The notes: generated by a model from the letters alone, not told the origin. DNA of 64,000 nt from Octopus sinensis (GCF_006345805.1 NC_043006.1:7006001-7070000), one strand, 5' to 3'; positions 13,290-28,380 are shown, counted from the first letter of the stretch. Made by a program: numbers and translations.

Positions 13290-13505
13290 TATTTTGCAGG
13301 AAGGATTGTTTCGGCGGGTCGTGTTCTGTCCTTACATTCGAAACACGCATTGAGTCGAACCAGGGACAGCTGATGAAGGGGAATATTCCTTGTATTGTTT
13401 GTCTTGTACTCTGTTTTTTCGTTGTAAAAAAGTCCGTTTCCATGTTTGTTTTTATGTTTTCGTTTCTCGTTGAGTTCTACGTCTATTTGTGATGTCCTGT
13501 ACTCA
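13290..13505 (+). repeat. Unclassified short element abutting (TA)n; second copy at 50131-50305
   Basis: Shared cagggaca.ctga.gaaggggaatattccttgt..ctctgttttttcgttg..aaaaaagt..tttcgtttctc. Confidence 0.65.
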
Positions 13506-13663
13506 TATATATATATACATAAATTGATTATATATATATATCTATATATATATATTATATATATATATATATCTAATTATATATACTATATGTATATAGT
13601 ATATATGTATATATTATATATATTTATATATGTATATATTATATCTATATATATATATAATAA

Positions 13664-13701
<38 letters not shown>

Positions 13702-13857
13702 ATATATATATAATATATATATATTATATTATAATATATATTATATATATTATATATATATATATATATATACATATATGTATATATATATTAGAAGAGG
13801 TACACCAAGGGAAGAGGAAAGAGGCTAAATCGCCTTAGCAGATATATATATATATAC

Positions 13858-13985
13858 GTGGAGGCGCAATGGCCCAGTGGTTAGGGCAGCGGATCGTGGT
13901 CGTAGGATCGTGGTTTCGATCCCCAGACCGGGTGTTGTGAGTGTTTATTGAGCGAAAACGCCTAAAGCTCCACGATACTCCACGG
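13858..13985 (+). mobile_element. 5' part of SINE family C
   Basis: gtggaggcgcaatggcccagtggttagggcagcgg..gtttcgatccccagacc; matches 63306 onward. Confidence 0.8.
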
Positions 13986-13997
13986 TATATAGAGGCA

Positions 13998-14348
13998 CAG
14001 GAGTGGTTGTGTGGTAAGTAGCTTGCTTACCAACCACATGGGTCCGGGTTCAGTCACACTGCGTGGCACCTTGGGCAAGTGTTTTTTTACTATAGCCTCG
14101 AGCCGACCGAAGCCTTGTGAGTGGATTTGGTAGACGGAAACTGAAAAGAAGCCCGTTGTATATATGTTTATGTATGTTTGTGTGACTGTTTGTCCCCCAA
14201 CATCGCTTGACAACCGATGCTGGTTTGTTTACGTCACCGTAACTTATCGGTTCGGCAAACGGACCGATAGAATATGTACTAGCTCGACTAAAGGCGGTGC
14301 TCTAGCATGGCCGCAGTCAAATGGCTTAAACAAGTAAAAGAGTAAAAG
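13998..14348 (+). mobile_element. SINE family B following the truncated family-C head
   Basis: Head, CORE-like segment and tail present, with internal deletions. Confidence 0.8.
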
Positions 14349-14349
14349 A

Positions 14350-14384
14350 CTATATATATATGTATATGTGTATATGTATATATG

Positions 14385-14418
<34 letters not shown>

Positions 14419-14790
14419 TGTATGTATGTGTATGTATGTGTGTGTGTGTATGTATGTATGTATGTATGAATGTATGTATGTATGTATGTATGTATCTATG
14501 TATGTATGAATGTATGTATGTATGAATGTATGTATGTATGTATGCATGTATGTATGTATGAATGTATGTATGTATGTATGTATGTATGTATGGATGTATG
14601 TATGTATGTATGTATGTATTATGTATGTATGTATGTATGTATATATGTATGTATTATGTATGTATGTATGCATGTATGTATGTATGTATTATGTATGTAT
14701 GTATGTATGTATTATTATGTATGTATGTATGCATGTATGTATGCATGTATGTATTATATATGTATGTACGTATGTATGTATGTGTGTATA
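14350..14790. repeat. (TATG)n microsatellite
   Basis: Direct reading; source of the MYVC-repeat ORFs. Confidence 0.95.
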
Positions 14791-14949
14791 TAACCTGAAT
14801 CACATCGGAGGCGAACTGGGTCGCCAATCTACGACTTGATACAGATAGCTTAAGCATCATTTGCGACGAAAGAATGGAACGCCAAGTCGACCTTGTTGGA
14901 ATTTGAACTCAAAACTTGAAGACGGACAAAATCCCGGGGAATTTTGCTA

Positions 14950-15172
14950 GCCTCAGACTCAGCAGCCAGTCTCTGCGTTTTGAGCCCATACCACGCCTTG
15001 CCTCTCTCTAGTCCCCACTTTTCTCTCAATGTCCAATGCAGCATTTTCGCAACCTGATCGTGTTGCCACAACTTGTAATGATTTTGGGCAAGTCTAGGGC
15101 ATTCGTTAATGATATGGGCAATGGTTTCGTCCACTCTATTGCAGGTGTGGCATATTATTATTATCATTATCA

Positions 15173-15235
<63 letters not shown>

Positions 15236-15385
15236 TATGTTTGACTTTTGCTTTATATTTGTAAAAGTTGGCTCCAAGTCTCACCCAGAGACCTCAAGAG
15301 ACAACAGGTTGCAAGTTCATGTTGTTGTTATGCCTAGTGTGCCATATATTTGGTCTTTTTTTGGTGTTATACTAGTGAATGTCTA
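14950..15385 (-). mobile_element. Two R4/Dong-type LINE fragments separated by (AAT)n
   Basis: CHTCNRVDETIAHIINECPRLAQNHYKLWQHDQVAKMLHWTL (CCHC zinc knuckle) at 14950-15152; a 3'-UTR-like piece ending in (AAT)n at 15233-15385. Confidence 0.7.
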
Positions 15386-15463
15386 AAAAAAAATGTTTGA
15401 TCATTATTATTATTTTTATTATTATTATTATCATTATTATTATTATCATTATTATTATTATTA

Positions 15464-15604
15464 TAAGGTTGTCCAAAAAGTTCGTAGAAAGTCTTGGAAA
15501 ATAATGGTCTTGATTTTGAGGAATAATATTTGTTGTTTTTGTTAGTACTTGGCGAGTAAAAATTCAATTTTCGCAAGTGTTTACGAACTTTTGGGACAAC
15601 CTAA
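15464..15604. mobile_element. 141-bp mariner-type MITE
   Basis: TIRs t.aggttgtccaaaaagttcgta / tacgaacttttgggacaacctaa with TA on both sides, inside an (ATT)n field. Confidence 0.8.
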
Positions 15605-16829
15605 TATTATTATCATCATTATTATTATCATTATTATTATTATTATTATCAGCATTATATTATTATTATTATTATTATCATCATTAACATTATTGTTGTT
15701 GTTGTTGCTGCTGTCGTTATAATTAGTATTGTTATTATTATTATTATCGATTATACTTCTCTAACTTTGTATCTATTGCTTCTATTGCTAATGCCGTTCT
15801 CACCAGCGCCACTCTTAATCCCACCATAACAATTGCTACCGAAGCTTTCAACAATGCAGCCATTAATTCCAGGTGGATTTGTTTTTATTTTCACGAACAT
15901 TTTCGCTGCATGCTTCTTTTTCCCGAACGCATTTCATCCTGCATTCTGCTTTGTCCTCTCAAACGCCAATTCAATACGAACATGATAAGTTAGGTCCAAT
16001 TAATTCCTCTGAAAACCACTTATAAATGATGTACAATGCAAAACATACATTCGTTCTTTAAAATTGCAAAGTATTCTATGATTTCTCGTGGGGGACGAAG
16101 CTCGCTGATGAAATGCTCGATGACAAGGGTGCAGCATTTGAGAAATAATCAATCTAGTTTAATAAATAACGCTAACAGGTGGTGATTAGATATTCATGAT
16201 ATTTCTGGTGATTGGCCATCTGAAAGGGTAGTGAAGGTTTTATGCTATTGCCAGAGTTTAAAATGAAGAAACACTTCAGTATCGACATTCAATACATTTG
16301 TGACCAATACGAATTATTGATTTCTATATTGTAGTCAAAATATCGCTACAGCAATATTAAGATGACATAATCAAGGCAATTTGATCAAAATATACAATTC
16401 AGTTATCACAATAGCAAACACGTTTCAATTCTTTCTCTTCAGAAGATGTTTGAACACACACACATAACCTCACACACACATAACCTCACACACACATAAC
16501 CTCACACACACACACACACGCATAAACCCACATACGCACATAAATGTATAAAGAAATACACATGTCTCTAGATGCATGCATACATGCATATGTACGTATG
16601 TATGTATACGTTTATCTATAGAACAAAATAAACAGAAGACAGGGGTCATATTGAATATAGCACACAGAAACATACACACGCGCACACAAAACACATGCAC
16701 ACGCAGTTATCACCACACGCACCTACGATACCACACACACATAGTTATCACCACACGCACACACGCTACAATGTACACACACGCGCTACCACATACACAC
16801 ACACACACACATACTGACTAATTTCACAC

Positions 16830-17085
16830 TGGCCTGTCCGAGAAAGCACTTACTCTTCTTTCTTTCTACTTCCGGTCACTTCAAAAATGTAACTCCACGT
16901 GATTGTTGTTGATTTTTATTTCAGCTTCGCCTTGGACTTGCCTGCTTCTTGTCTCCGAAGAAGAGCTATGCTCGAAATGTAAAATACTACTGTTTTCTTT
17001 CTTTGGGGGTCTTATTAATACAGTGCTACGTCCACACGTTCGTTCGTTCTTTCCCTTTACTTCTGTTTTTTAATTGTCTGTAGAT
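16830..17085 (+). mobile_element. Short PLE-terminal-like element with degenerate hammerhead
   Basis: ccgaaga a gagc tat gctc gaaat gta at 16955-16981; pyrimidine-rich flanks; ends in a TA/CA tract. Confidence 0.55.
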
Positions 17086-17195
17086 ATATATACACACACA
17101 CACATACATACATACATACATATATATATATATGTCAACGCCCCCTCATGTATATATGTATATATGTATGTATGTATATATATATATATATATAT

Positions 17196-17638
<443 letters not shown>

Positions 17639-17649
17639 ATACACATATA

Positions 17650-17899
17650 TACATATATACATATATACATGAGGGGGCGTTGACATGTTCCTGGCTTTCG
17701 GTATATATATATATATATTTATATAATAAAAGGTAAAATTAATTAATTAATTAATAATTAATAATTTTAACAAGTAGTTCGGCATGTTAAAAGAACCATT
17801 ATCGGTAAACTTAAATAAAATTTCGGTATGTGGTGAAGCAATTTTTTTGTTGAAACCTAATTATAATATACTCGTAATTATAATATATATAATATATAT

Positions 17900-17938
<39 letters not shown>

Positions 17939-18240
17939 CTATATATATATATATATTATATATATATATATAGATATATACACATATATACATATATACA
18001 TATGTACATGAGGGGGCGTTGACATGTTCCTGGCTTTCGGTATATATATATATATATTATATAATAAAAGGTAAAATTAATTAATTAATTAATAATTAAT
18101 AATTTTAACAAGTAGTTCGGCATGTTAAAAGAACCATTATCGGTAAACTTAAATAAAATTTCGGTATGTGGTGAAGCAATTTTTTTGTTGAAACCTAATT
18201 ATAATTATACTCGTAATTATAATATATATATATATATATA
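17650..18240. repeat. Near-identical tandem duplication, period ~338 bp
   Basis: catgagggggcgttgaca..gttgaaacctaattataat occurs at ~17667 and ~18007; differences are almost all in TA tracts. Confidence 0.9.
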
Positions 18241-18279
18241 TTATATTATATATATATATATGTATATGTGTGTGTGTGT

Positions 18280-18316
<37 letters not shown>

Positions 18317-18821
18317 ACATATACTTATACATATACATATATATATATATATAATATACATATATATATATGCATATATATGTGTGTGTGTGTGTGTGCG
18401 TAGAGAGAGAGAGAGACAGGCAGACAGTCAGTTGGAGAAAGGGAGAGAGGGAGAAAAATAGAGAGTGACAAAGAGGCAAGCAGACAGACATAGTGAAAGT
18501 GAGAGGGAGGTAGAGAGATATATTCATGAACAAGAATATTACTGCGAGTGACTTCGAACTCTTGGCCAGTTTGCATTACAAAGACATGCTTATCGAAGAA
18601 AAATACTGTTAACATAGTTTCTTGGAATTGTCAGAACCTATTTTATACCTGATGTTACTCTCTCTGGACATTGACATGTCAATATATGTACTGATTCTTT
18701 AGGTTTCATAAACAATGAGAAAAACTACAAATGTGCGAGTTGAGTAGCGAAACATAAGACATTTGAAATCGTATTTTGACCACACATTTGAAAGTAATGC
18801 ATTATTTGTCCCCAAATAGTC

Positions 18822-19231
18822 GTAGGAGTGGCTGTTTGGTGAGTAGCTTGCTTACCAACCACATAGTTCCGGGTTCAGTCCCACTGCGTGACACCTTGGG
18901 CAAGTGTCTTCTACTATAGCCCCGGGCCGACCAAAGCCTTGTGAGTAGACTCGGTAGACGGAAACTGAAAGAAGCCTGTCGTATATATGTATATATACAT
19001 ATATGTATATGTGTGTGTGTGTATATGTTTGTGTGTCTGTGTTTGTCCCCCAACATCGCTGGGCAATCGATGCTGGTGTGTTTACGTCCCCGTAACTTAG
19101 CATTTCAACAAAAGAGACCAATAGAATAAGTTCTAGGCTTACAAAGAATAAGTCCTGGGTTGATTTGCTCGACTAAAAGGTGGTGCTTCAGCATGGCCGC
19201 AGTGAAATGACTGAAACAAGTAAAAGAGTAA
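18822..19231 (+). mobile_element. SINE family B
   Basis: Full-length match. Confidence 0.85.
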
Positions 19232-21050
19232 ATACATTTAATGTAAATTGTGGAAGAAATTCATTGTTGCTGCTTCTCTTTTGCTATGCATTAGCCTTCA
19301 TTTCTACTATATCCGTTTAATCTTTTCATATATGCAAACGTAAAATTTAAATAATTCTGAATCCTGATTATATATCTAAAAGTAAATCATTATTTTCTAT
19401 TTTATATGTCCTTCGATTTTGAATCTAAACTATGCTCATCATTTACGTGAGATATGATACGGATGTTAATGATACATATATTAAAGTTAAACAAACAATT
19501 TGACTGTAATATCACAGTATCGATGTATCATTTTGATTTGGGTTCCAAAATTGAAAATCATATGTGCCAAAATCTGTAGGGATGTACTAGCCATTCTATC
19601 TTCATATTATTATTCGTCTCCATTACATAAAATATAATCTAATGTTTATATTCTGTAAAAATAATGGCAAATGAATATAATGTAGTTACAAGTAGACATC
19701 AAAGTGTTAGTTTTAGAAGCTGTTTGATTATTATCCTACAATCATGTTTGTTTTCATATTGATAACAAACTGTATTTCATCTGATTGAAAATTTGAGCAT
19801 TTTGTTTACGTCTCCAAGATAATTTTTCTAAGTGGCGCTAGAAAACCAATCTTGTGTTAATTACGGCTGACATATGTTTGAAATGTCTAACATTTATGTC
19901 TGAGTAAAGTTAAATCCAAAATATCAAAGGACAAAAGTAATCTATTTTGCCGAATAATCAAGCCGTCACACTAGTTATCTGTCTATCTTACCAAATATCT
20001 TACAAAATATTTTAGTTGTAATGGTCAAATATATACAAACACACCATTAAGTACTGGAATACTAATAATAATTCCTATGACGTAAACAGACACATTGGAA
20101 CATTTAGTTAGACACATAACTACAAATAGATCTGTAAGCTAAACCTATTTTAAATTGTGTTCGTTTATAATTTGTTATCGGTCCAAGGTCATTGAATTGA
20201 CGAGCTTCGGCGATAAATTTTTATTCAAAATATCAGTATAGCAACATATGAACAATTAATACACGAAATAAAATAACCCTTAAACATATTTTAAAATGTG
20301 GCCAAAAATCAATATAAATCCAATAATAATCTGGCCTATCTATTCTAGAATACTTTATGTAATATCCAAAACATCATGAGAATAGGACAAAAACACGACG
20401 AACATATAAATGAAATATTAACTATAGAAACAGGTTTATTGAGATACTGGTGTGTAGAAGTATAATTTAGTACGTTCATGTATACTGAAACGTGGAAAGA
20501 CCGTCGCGGAAATTGCCACATTAGAGAAAACTCCTTGTAGACAATATGTATGAAAAACCTTTCGCTGGGTCGTGAATGACGTAATCAGACCTAGAGCTCG
20601 CAGATGTTTCCTCCGTTCACTTAAAATTGCCTTTTTTATAAATTAAATGGAAATAGTAAATTTTGAGATTTGTGTAATGCTTAGTTAAGCTGGATATAAG
20701 TAGAAGTGCAGAAGCAACATTGAAATATGAAAGGGAACGGTGGTGTGTTTTTTCACGCACATTTTCCTTAAGGAGAAATTCTCTCCTGAGGCAATTTCAG
20801 TAGCAAACGTATTTCCAAGTTCTATTATGAACTAAGCGTACCAGAAGCAAGAATGATTGAGTGCAATTTAATATATGTTGAATAGCGGTATACTGCACAA
20901 TGCATTCGATGAAATCTAAAAATGTTCACGAAATCAGTAGCTATAGATTTATGTGAGATTCGAAATGGCAAAATGTAATTTTGTTATATGCACAGCTTGC
21001 TACCAGAGAAAATGAAGATCTGCTGTATATTCGGAAACAACCTATGCAAA

Positions 21051-21457
21051 GTGGCTGTGTGGTAAGTAGCTTGCTAACCAGCCACATGGTTCCGGGTTCA
21101 GTCCCACTGCGTGGCATCTTGGGCAAGTGTCTTCTGCTATGGCCCCGGGCCGACCAATGCCTTGTGAGTGGATTTGGTAGACGGAAACTGAAAGAAGCCT
21201 GTCGTATATATGTATATATATATGTATGTGTGTGTTTGTGTGTCTGTGTTTGTCCCCCTAGCATTGCTTGACAACCGATGCTGGTGTGTTTACATCCCCG
21301 TCACTTAGCGGTTCGGCAAAAGAGACCGATAGAATAAGTACTGGGCTTACAAAGAATAAGTCCCGGGGTCGATTTGCTCGACTAAAAGGTGGTGCTCCAG
21401 CATGGCCGCAGTCAAATGACTGAAACAGGTAAAAGAGAGTAAAAGAGTAAAGAGTAA
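21051..21457 (+). mobile_element. SINE family B
   Basis: Full-length match. Confidence 0.85.
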
Positions 21458-22240
21458 ATTAGAGGAAATTAAAAAGATACTAGGAATTGAAGAATGTTTT
21501 ACCCATGGATTTTCCTTCATTTTTAAAATGAATAAAACCCTAAAAGAAAACAATCCCGAAGAAATAATTTTCTGAAGACAATTCTCAAATTAACTACCCC
21601 TTCTTTCCTTCCCATGTAAATCTATCTATAAATCTGTATCTTTTACATTGCCAAACTTATTTATTCATAAAAGCATGGAAATTATGCGTGAGTATACGAA
21701 AACTATTTTTTAATCTACTTCGGCATGATATTATTGTACTGACGTAGCACCCGTCAAACATATTGTGATTTTTTCCATCACTTTTCAGTATAATTTATCT
21801 CTTTCTGCTTCATGCTCTTTCCAATCTTATTCTTCTGCTTCATTTACATTTCTTGCAGTATTCTTCTTAGATTACATCATGCTTCTATTTCTCTGTATCA
21901 TTCCAGAAATCTCTATACTTCAGCATCCGCTTTAACGGCAGCCCTAACTATAACGGGATTTGAATAATTCGCCTCTAGAAACAAAAGTGTTTTATTTATC
22001 ATACTTAAACAACTCATTTTCATGGACCTTTTGAGCTGGATGGATGGGATACTCAACATGAACAGGAATTCTAGCTGGACCCCCACCTGCAAGGTCATGT
22101 GCTGTTAATCTTGATATGATATCACCATGTCACGCACGTAAGGTTGTGATACATGTGCCTGATGTACCCCTATCATACCGAACAGGTAGCCCTGATGGGT
22201 ATACGCCCAGCGTCACTTTTATTACATGCGCGTCTCTCCC

Positions 22241-22490
22241 AAGAAGAAGAAAACGAAGAAGAAGGAGGAGGGGAGAAGAAGAAGAAGAAGAAGGAAGAGG
22301 GGGAGAAGAAGAAGGAGGAGCAGGAGCAGGAGAAGAATGAGGGGGAGGAAGGTGGAGGGAGAGGAGGAGGAGGAGGGGAGAAGAAGAGGAAGGAGGAGGG
22401 GGAGGGGGAGAAGAAGAAGGAGGATGAGGAGGGGAGGGGGAGGAGAAGAAAAAGAAGGAGGAGGAAGAGGGGAGAAGAAGAAGGAGAAGA
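22241..22490. repeat. Polypurine (GAA/GAG/GGG) compound repeat
   Basis: Direct reading. Confidence 0.9.
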
Positions 22491-24960
22491 GTGATCAATG
22501 CAGAAGCAACAGCAGAACTGGAAGAATTTTGGAAAGAAATATGGTCATCGAAAGAACAACCTCAGCAAAGATCTATCAAAATATCAAACTCAGCACCTGA
22601 AAGACCCTGGACTCCTATAACAACAGAACATATCACCCAAGCACTGCAAAAACTGGAAGGCCCCCGAGCAAGACAAGATCGCCAATTTCTGGTTAAAATA
22701 TCTAACATGGATACATAAAAGGCTGGCAGAGAAACTCAATGAGATACCAGTATAGCTAGAGACAATGCCTGAATGGCACATGGAAAGGAAAACTGGAAAC
22801 CCACTGAAACAGCAAACCCGCAAAACTACAGACCGATAACTTGTCTCCCTATAATTTACAGAGCCTTAACTGCAATAATGTCTCAGAGAATGGGAAAACA
22901 TCTGGAACAGAACAACCTGTTACTAGAAGGGCAGAATGGATGCTGCGAGGGGTCATGTAGATGTAAAGGTCAGCTATTGATCAATAAAGCCATAATAGAA
23001 GACCGCCGATGAAAGAAGAGTCTAAGCATGGCTTGGATCGACTATCGAAATGTTTTTGATAGTATTCCTCATACATGGATCCTAAAACATGGACCAGTTA
23101 ACACCAATAATCATAAAATGTATAAAACATTACGTAAATAAATTGAAAACAGTGCAAGATCTCCAGTCAAAAGAAGGACTAATAAAACCCAAATCCATCT
23201 CGATTAGAAGAGAAATATTCCAGGGAGACATGCTCTATCCCCTTCTTTCCTGCTTGGCACTGCCACCTTTATACAACATGTTAAACAGAACTGGATGTGG
23301 ATACAAATGTTACAGCAAAGCAATCAACCACCGCTGGTATATGGATGGTCTAAAACTGTATACTTCAAATGTCAAACAGCTGGAAATATTAATACAGACA
23401 GCACATGTATTTACCAAAGAAATATGCACGAAATTTGGCTTAGAAAAATGTGCCAAAGCAACCTTGAAAAGAGGAAAACTAGTAGAGAATAACAATATCA
23501 CACCAGATAAAGCAAATGCAATTAGACAAAAGCCAGACATACAAATATTTAGGAATCAGTTAACTAGATACGTTACAAAACAAACGCAAGAGAAGATACG
23601 GAAGTGATACTATACCCGAGTTAGATTAATACGGAAAACACAGCTCAGTGCGAAATACACGAAAATACGTATCAACACTCTAGCTTTCCCACTCATAAAC
23701 TACAATATTCTTAATTGGACTCTAAATGAACTAATGAAAATAAATAGGTAAACAAGAAAAATATTGACAGAATTTTGGATGCAGCACCCAAAATCTGACA
23801 TAGAACGGTTATATATACAATTTATTGAAGGTGGTAGAGGGCTTATACAGGTAGAAAACTATTATAAAATAACCACCATAGGAACATAGAAATACGTAAT
23901 TCAGAAGCAAGGAAAATGAGTACAAATAGCCACAAAACACGAACAAAACAGAAAAGTGTTTTTTACCTTTAAGGAACCTGAAAAATACAAGAAAGAAGTC
24001 ATAGTGCCTGGCAATTATGAAGAAAAAGAAGAAACAAAAAAAGCTGTAAAACAACTGAAATTCGAAGTAAAACTGGAACAACAACGCATCATGATAAAAC
24101 GATGACAAGAAAAGCCCCTACATGACCCCTACATGGCAAATAACAGAAATGAAATAGACAAAGTAAAATTCCAACAATGGTTGAGATTCTCAGAACTCAA
24201 AGCAGAGACTGAAGGATTTTAATTGCAGCACAAGATCAAAGCCTTACCACCAGAAATCACGAAAAATGCAGAATGAAAAATGATACAAGTAACAGCAGAA
24301 ATATTTGGTGATGGAACAGAAGCAATAAATCATATTGTCTCTGGTTGCCCATTCCAGGCTAAAAAGGAATATAACCACAGGCATGGCAGATTTGAGACTG
24401 ATATACACTGGAAGCAATGTCAACACTATAGAATGACAACAGAAAGCGATGGTAGAGGCACAGCCCACAAAATGTCTCAGAAAGTTTGAAAGCAACTATA
24501 CTCTGGGAGATGCCACACACAGAGAAATCAAGGTAATTATCCGGATATAGTTGTCAGAGATGACCAAGAAGAAGTGCCTTCTCATCGATGTATCAATACC
24601 AGCAGATGACAAGGTATCTCTAAAAGAAACGGAGAAACATTAAAAATACAAAGATCTGGAAATAGAGGCAACTCGAATGTGGAACCTAGAAACAGAAACA
24701 ATTCCTATAATAATAAGTGCATTAGGTATGATAAAACAAAAGACAGACAAATACATGACCAAAACATCAGGACATGCAAATGCATATAACATACAGAATA
24801 TAGCACTACTAGGCACCGCGGACATGTTACGTAAAGCACTTTAAATACAGTGAAAATAAGGGCACCACAACAATGCACAAAACATGCTCACGCACATAGA
24901 GAAGTGCTCGGTAGTGCAGTGAGAACACGTGATAAAAATAAGACTACTGAATGATGATGA
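22491..24960 (+). pseudogene. Decayed R4/Dong-clade non-LTR retrotransposon (RT, CCHC, restriction-like endonuclease)
   Basis: NYRPITCLPIIYRALT, QLLINKAI, AWIDYRNVFDSIPHTWI, IFQGDMLYPL, YMDGLKLY, INHIVSGCP..HGR, YKDLEIEATRMW, LGTADMLRKAL*; many stops and frameshifts; (AAT)n tail 24963-25063. Confidence 0.9.
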
Positions 24961-24962
24961 TG

Positions 24963-25290
<328 letters not shown>

Positions 25291-25309
25291 AATAATAATA
25301 ATAATAATG

Positions 25310-25380
<71 letters not shown>

Positions 25381-25385
25381 CGCAA

Positions 25386-25420
<35 letters not shown>

Positions 25421-25440
25421 ATAATAATAATAATAATAAT

Positions 25441-28380
25441 ATGGTGTTCATATTAGGGGATACCGACGACGAGGTCTGACCAATGGAGAGAAAGAGGATT
25501 GCTTCAACTCACGGAACCCAGATTATGTGATCAAACGAGAGCAATAAGAAAAAAAATCGTTGATTCACAGAAGTATAGCTCGAAGCTATCCAAAGACGGG
25601 TGTTGGAAAACAGCAGCAGCAGAGGAAACGATGAAAATACAGTTCCTACTGATAAAAGTAATCTCACATCAGGAAACAGAGGTGAAATCTGTAATAAACC
25701 ACTGGAAAGGCACAGTGATAGCTCGATGAAAGACATATAGATGGTTTGGAAGAAGACAATAAAATGATGACATGACAGATGGGCAAAAAGCAATCTATGA
25801 CAGAATAAAGGAAAGGCTACAGGAGATTGATAACGGCATTATTTGTAGCATTAAAAAGGTTGAGCGGTGGAAATTGAACCAAGAAATGAAAAATATGAAT
25901 GAAATTCTAAAATACAACAGAACAAAAAAAACGTCACAGAAACAAATAATTTGATCAAGACGGAAAATATTGTTGTAGCAGAAAACGTGGGTGTTAATGT
26001 AAAGAAAAATCATTGGAGAGATAAATGTAAAGATCCGTGCTGGAAAAGAAGAATACAGTGAGAACTAGATATGCTCCCGAAGGACATTTCTGTGTTAGAA
26101 CGAAAAGAGAAGGAGTAGCTTAAAAGCGAACAAAAGTACGGGGCACTGAACAGGAATTATGATATTGAAAGAAAGGACCTGAAGATGGTAATGGAGGGAC
26201 TGAAACAGTACCTCGTTGCAAAGAAAGTAAAGATGGTAAGATACGACCAAAGAATGAAGGGATACCTGCAGAATAGGCTATTCAGAGTAGATCAGAAGAG
26301 ATTCTACATAGAAATAGATGGAGAGTGTACGAATGAAAATTTGATACCAGTTAAGATTGAAAGTCAAAAGTTTTGAAGTGACATCTGAAGCAAAAACTAG
26401 GAGCACAAGAAGGATGCTGAATAGTTGCAAGATCTCAAACAAACAGTAGTCAGTCGAAAACAGAATACTCGTGGATCGATTATTGTAAGGAGTACGATAT
26501 GATCTCATGTTCTTGGATTATGGAATTATGAACCTATTTGGTATTGCATCAAATGTTGAGCGCAGGAGTGGCTGTGTGGTAAGTAGCTTGTTTACCAACC
26601 ACAGGGTTACGGGTTCAGTCCCACTGCGTGGCATCTTGGACAAGTGTCTTCTGCTATAGCCCCGGGCCGACCAATGCCTTGTGAGTGGATTTGGTAGACG
26701 GAAACTGAAAGAAGCCCGTCGTATATATGTATATATATATATGTGTGTGTGTATATATGTTTGTGTGTCTGTGTTTGTCCCCCCAACATCGCTTGACAAC
26801 CGATGCTGGTGTGTTTATGTCCCCGTCACTTAGCGGTTCGGCAAAAGAAACTGATAGAATAAGTACTGGGCTTACAAAAGAATAAGTCCCGGGGTCGATT
26901 TGCTCGACTAAAGGCGGTGCTCCAGCACGGCCGCAGTCAAATGACTGAAACAAGTAAAAGAGTAAAAGAGATTGCTTGGAAAAAGTATAGCAAAATGGAG
27001 GGCGGAACTGACAGTATATGGAAAGTGTTTAGGTAAATAGAAATCAGGAGGGGTATCTTCCAAGGGGACTGCCTGTCCCCACTGATCTTTGAACTGTGCA
27101 TTATATCACTAACACTGATTTTGAGGAAAGCAAAGGCTGGGTATGTATTCTAGAGTTACTGACAAAAAGTCAACCACTTTTTATTCATGGATGACGTCAA
27201 ACTTTATGGAAAAATGAATTCCAATTCACTTACCTCGTTGATATGGTGTATACTTTCAGTACTGATATCAGAATGGAGTTTGGACTGAAAAAGTGTGGTG
27301 AGTTAGTCTCGAAGAGATGCAAAATCAAATGTATGGACGGCCTAGCGGTACCGTCGGGGTAGGTTACGAAGTAGATAGAAGAGACGGGCTATAAGTACTT
27401 GGAAATGGATAAATTGATGAAGAAATAAATGACAGAAAAAGTGGAGTAGTTGCGCAGATGGAGACTGATCCATAAGTCGAAATTAAAGGGACGGAATAAA
27501 TTTGAAGCTATCAACACCTGTGCGGTTTCATTCCTTAAATTTGAAGCATGGGTAATCGCATGGACAGTAGACGAACTAAATAGCTTAGACAGAAAGGCAA
27601 GGAAGTTGCTGACTAGCTATGGAATACTCCACCCTAAAAGTGACACAGACAGACTATATGTGCGAAGAAAAAGAGGAGTAAGAGAACTGATTAGATGCAA
27701 ACACAGCATTAGAGAAGAAGAAAATAACATAGCATGCTACGTAAAAAAATCCCACAGAACCGCTATTATTGGAAATAAGAACGTCAGGCTTCTGTAGGAT
27801 GAAAGATTGCAAAGATAAAGCACTATACAAGGATTTGAGAATGAATGAAACTGTATATATGTGAATAAAGAAAAGAATGTATGGAAAAATACATAGGGAT
27901 GAAGATTAGTCAAGCAGAGGATTAAAAAATGGTTATGGATGACTAAGAGTGATTTAAAACCGGAAAAGAAGGCACTAATCTGTGCTGACAAAGAGCATGC
28001 ATTAAGAACCAATTACATCAAATACAGATTAGGCAACACATCAGGAAGTAATAAGTGTGGAATTTGTGGACAAGATGTGAAACCGAATGGCATATTACCA
28101 GTCAATGTACGCCACTAGCCAAGAAAGTATATAAGACACGTCATGACAGTATAGCAAGGATTGTCCATTGGACACTTTGCAACAAGTATGGACTTGACAG
28201 AGGTAAAAATTGGTACGAACATAAACCTGAAGTCCTCATCGAAAATGATAATCCAAAGATCCTATGAGATTTTATAATTTAGTGCGTCCATGAGTCCATG
28301 CGATAGAGAATGGAAAGCGAGATATACTGTTAATTGAGAAAGCAAGCAAACGATACTGGATCATAGATATAGCAGGCGAA
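25441..28380 (+). pseudogene. Third decayed R4/Dong-type element with internal deletion, interrupted by a SINE
   Basis: LTEPRLCDQTRAIRKK, WIDYCKEYDMI..SW, RRGIFQGDCLSPLIF, NHFLFMDDVKLYGK, LHPKSDTDRLYVRRKRG, HDSIARIVHWTLC, WYEHKPE. Confidence 0.85.
26562..26968 (+). mobile_element. SINE family B inserted into the LINE RT
   Basis: Full-length match; LINE reading ASNVE|RLLGKS resumes across it. Confidence 0.9.

Noticed and set aside
13325-13400. Hammerhead in the 13290/50131 family (GAAAC upstream of CUGAUGA)
   Set aside because: Motifs are in permuted order with no consistent stem I, and no GAAA follows the core in either copy
17825-17865. Degenerate hammerhead gtggtga..gaaaccta (also in the duplicate copy)
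   Set aside because: Several core mismatches and no stem III or cleavage triplet
21910-22110. Possible host exon (..SWTPTCKVMCC*)
   Set aside because: No recognisable family and no convincing splice pair
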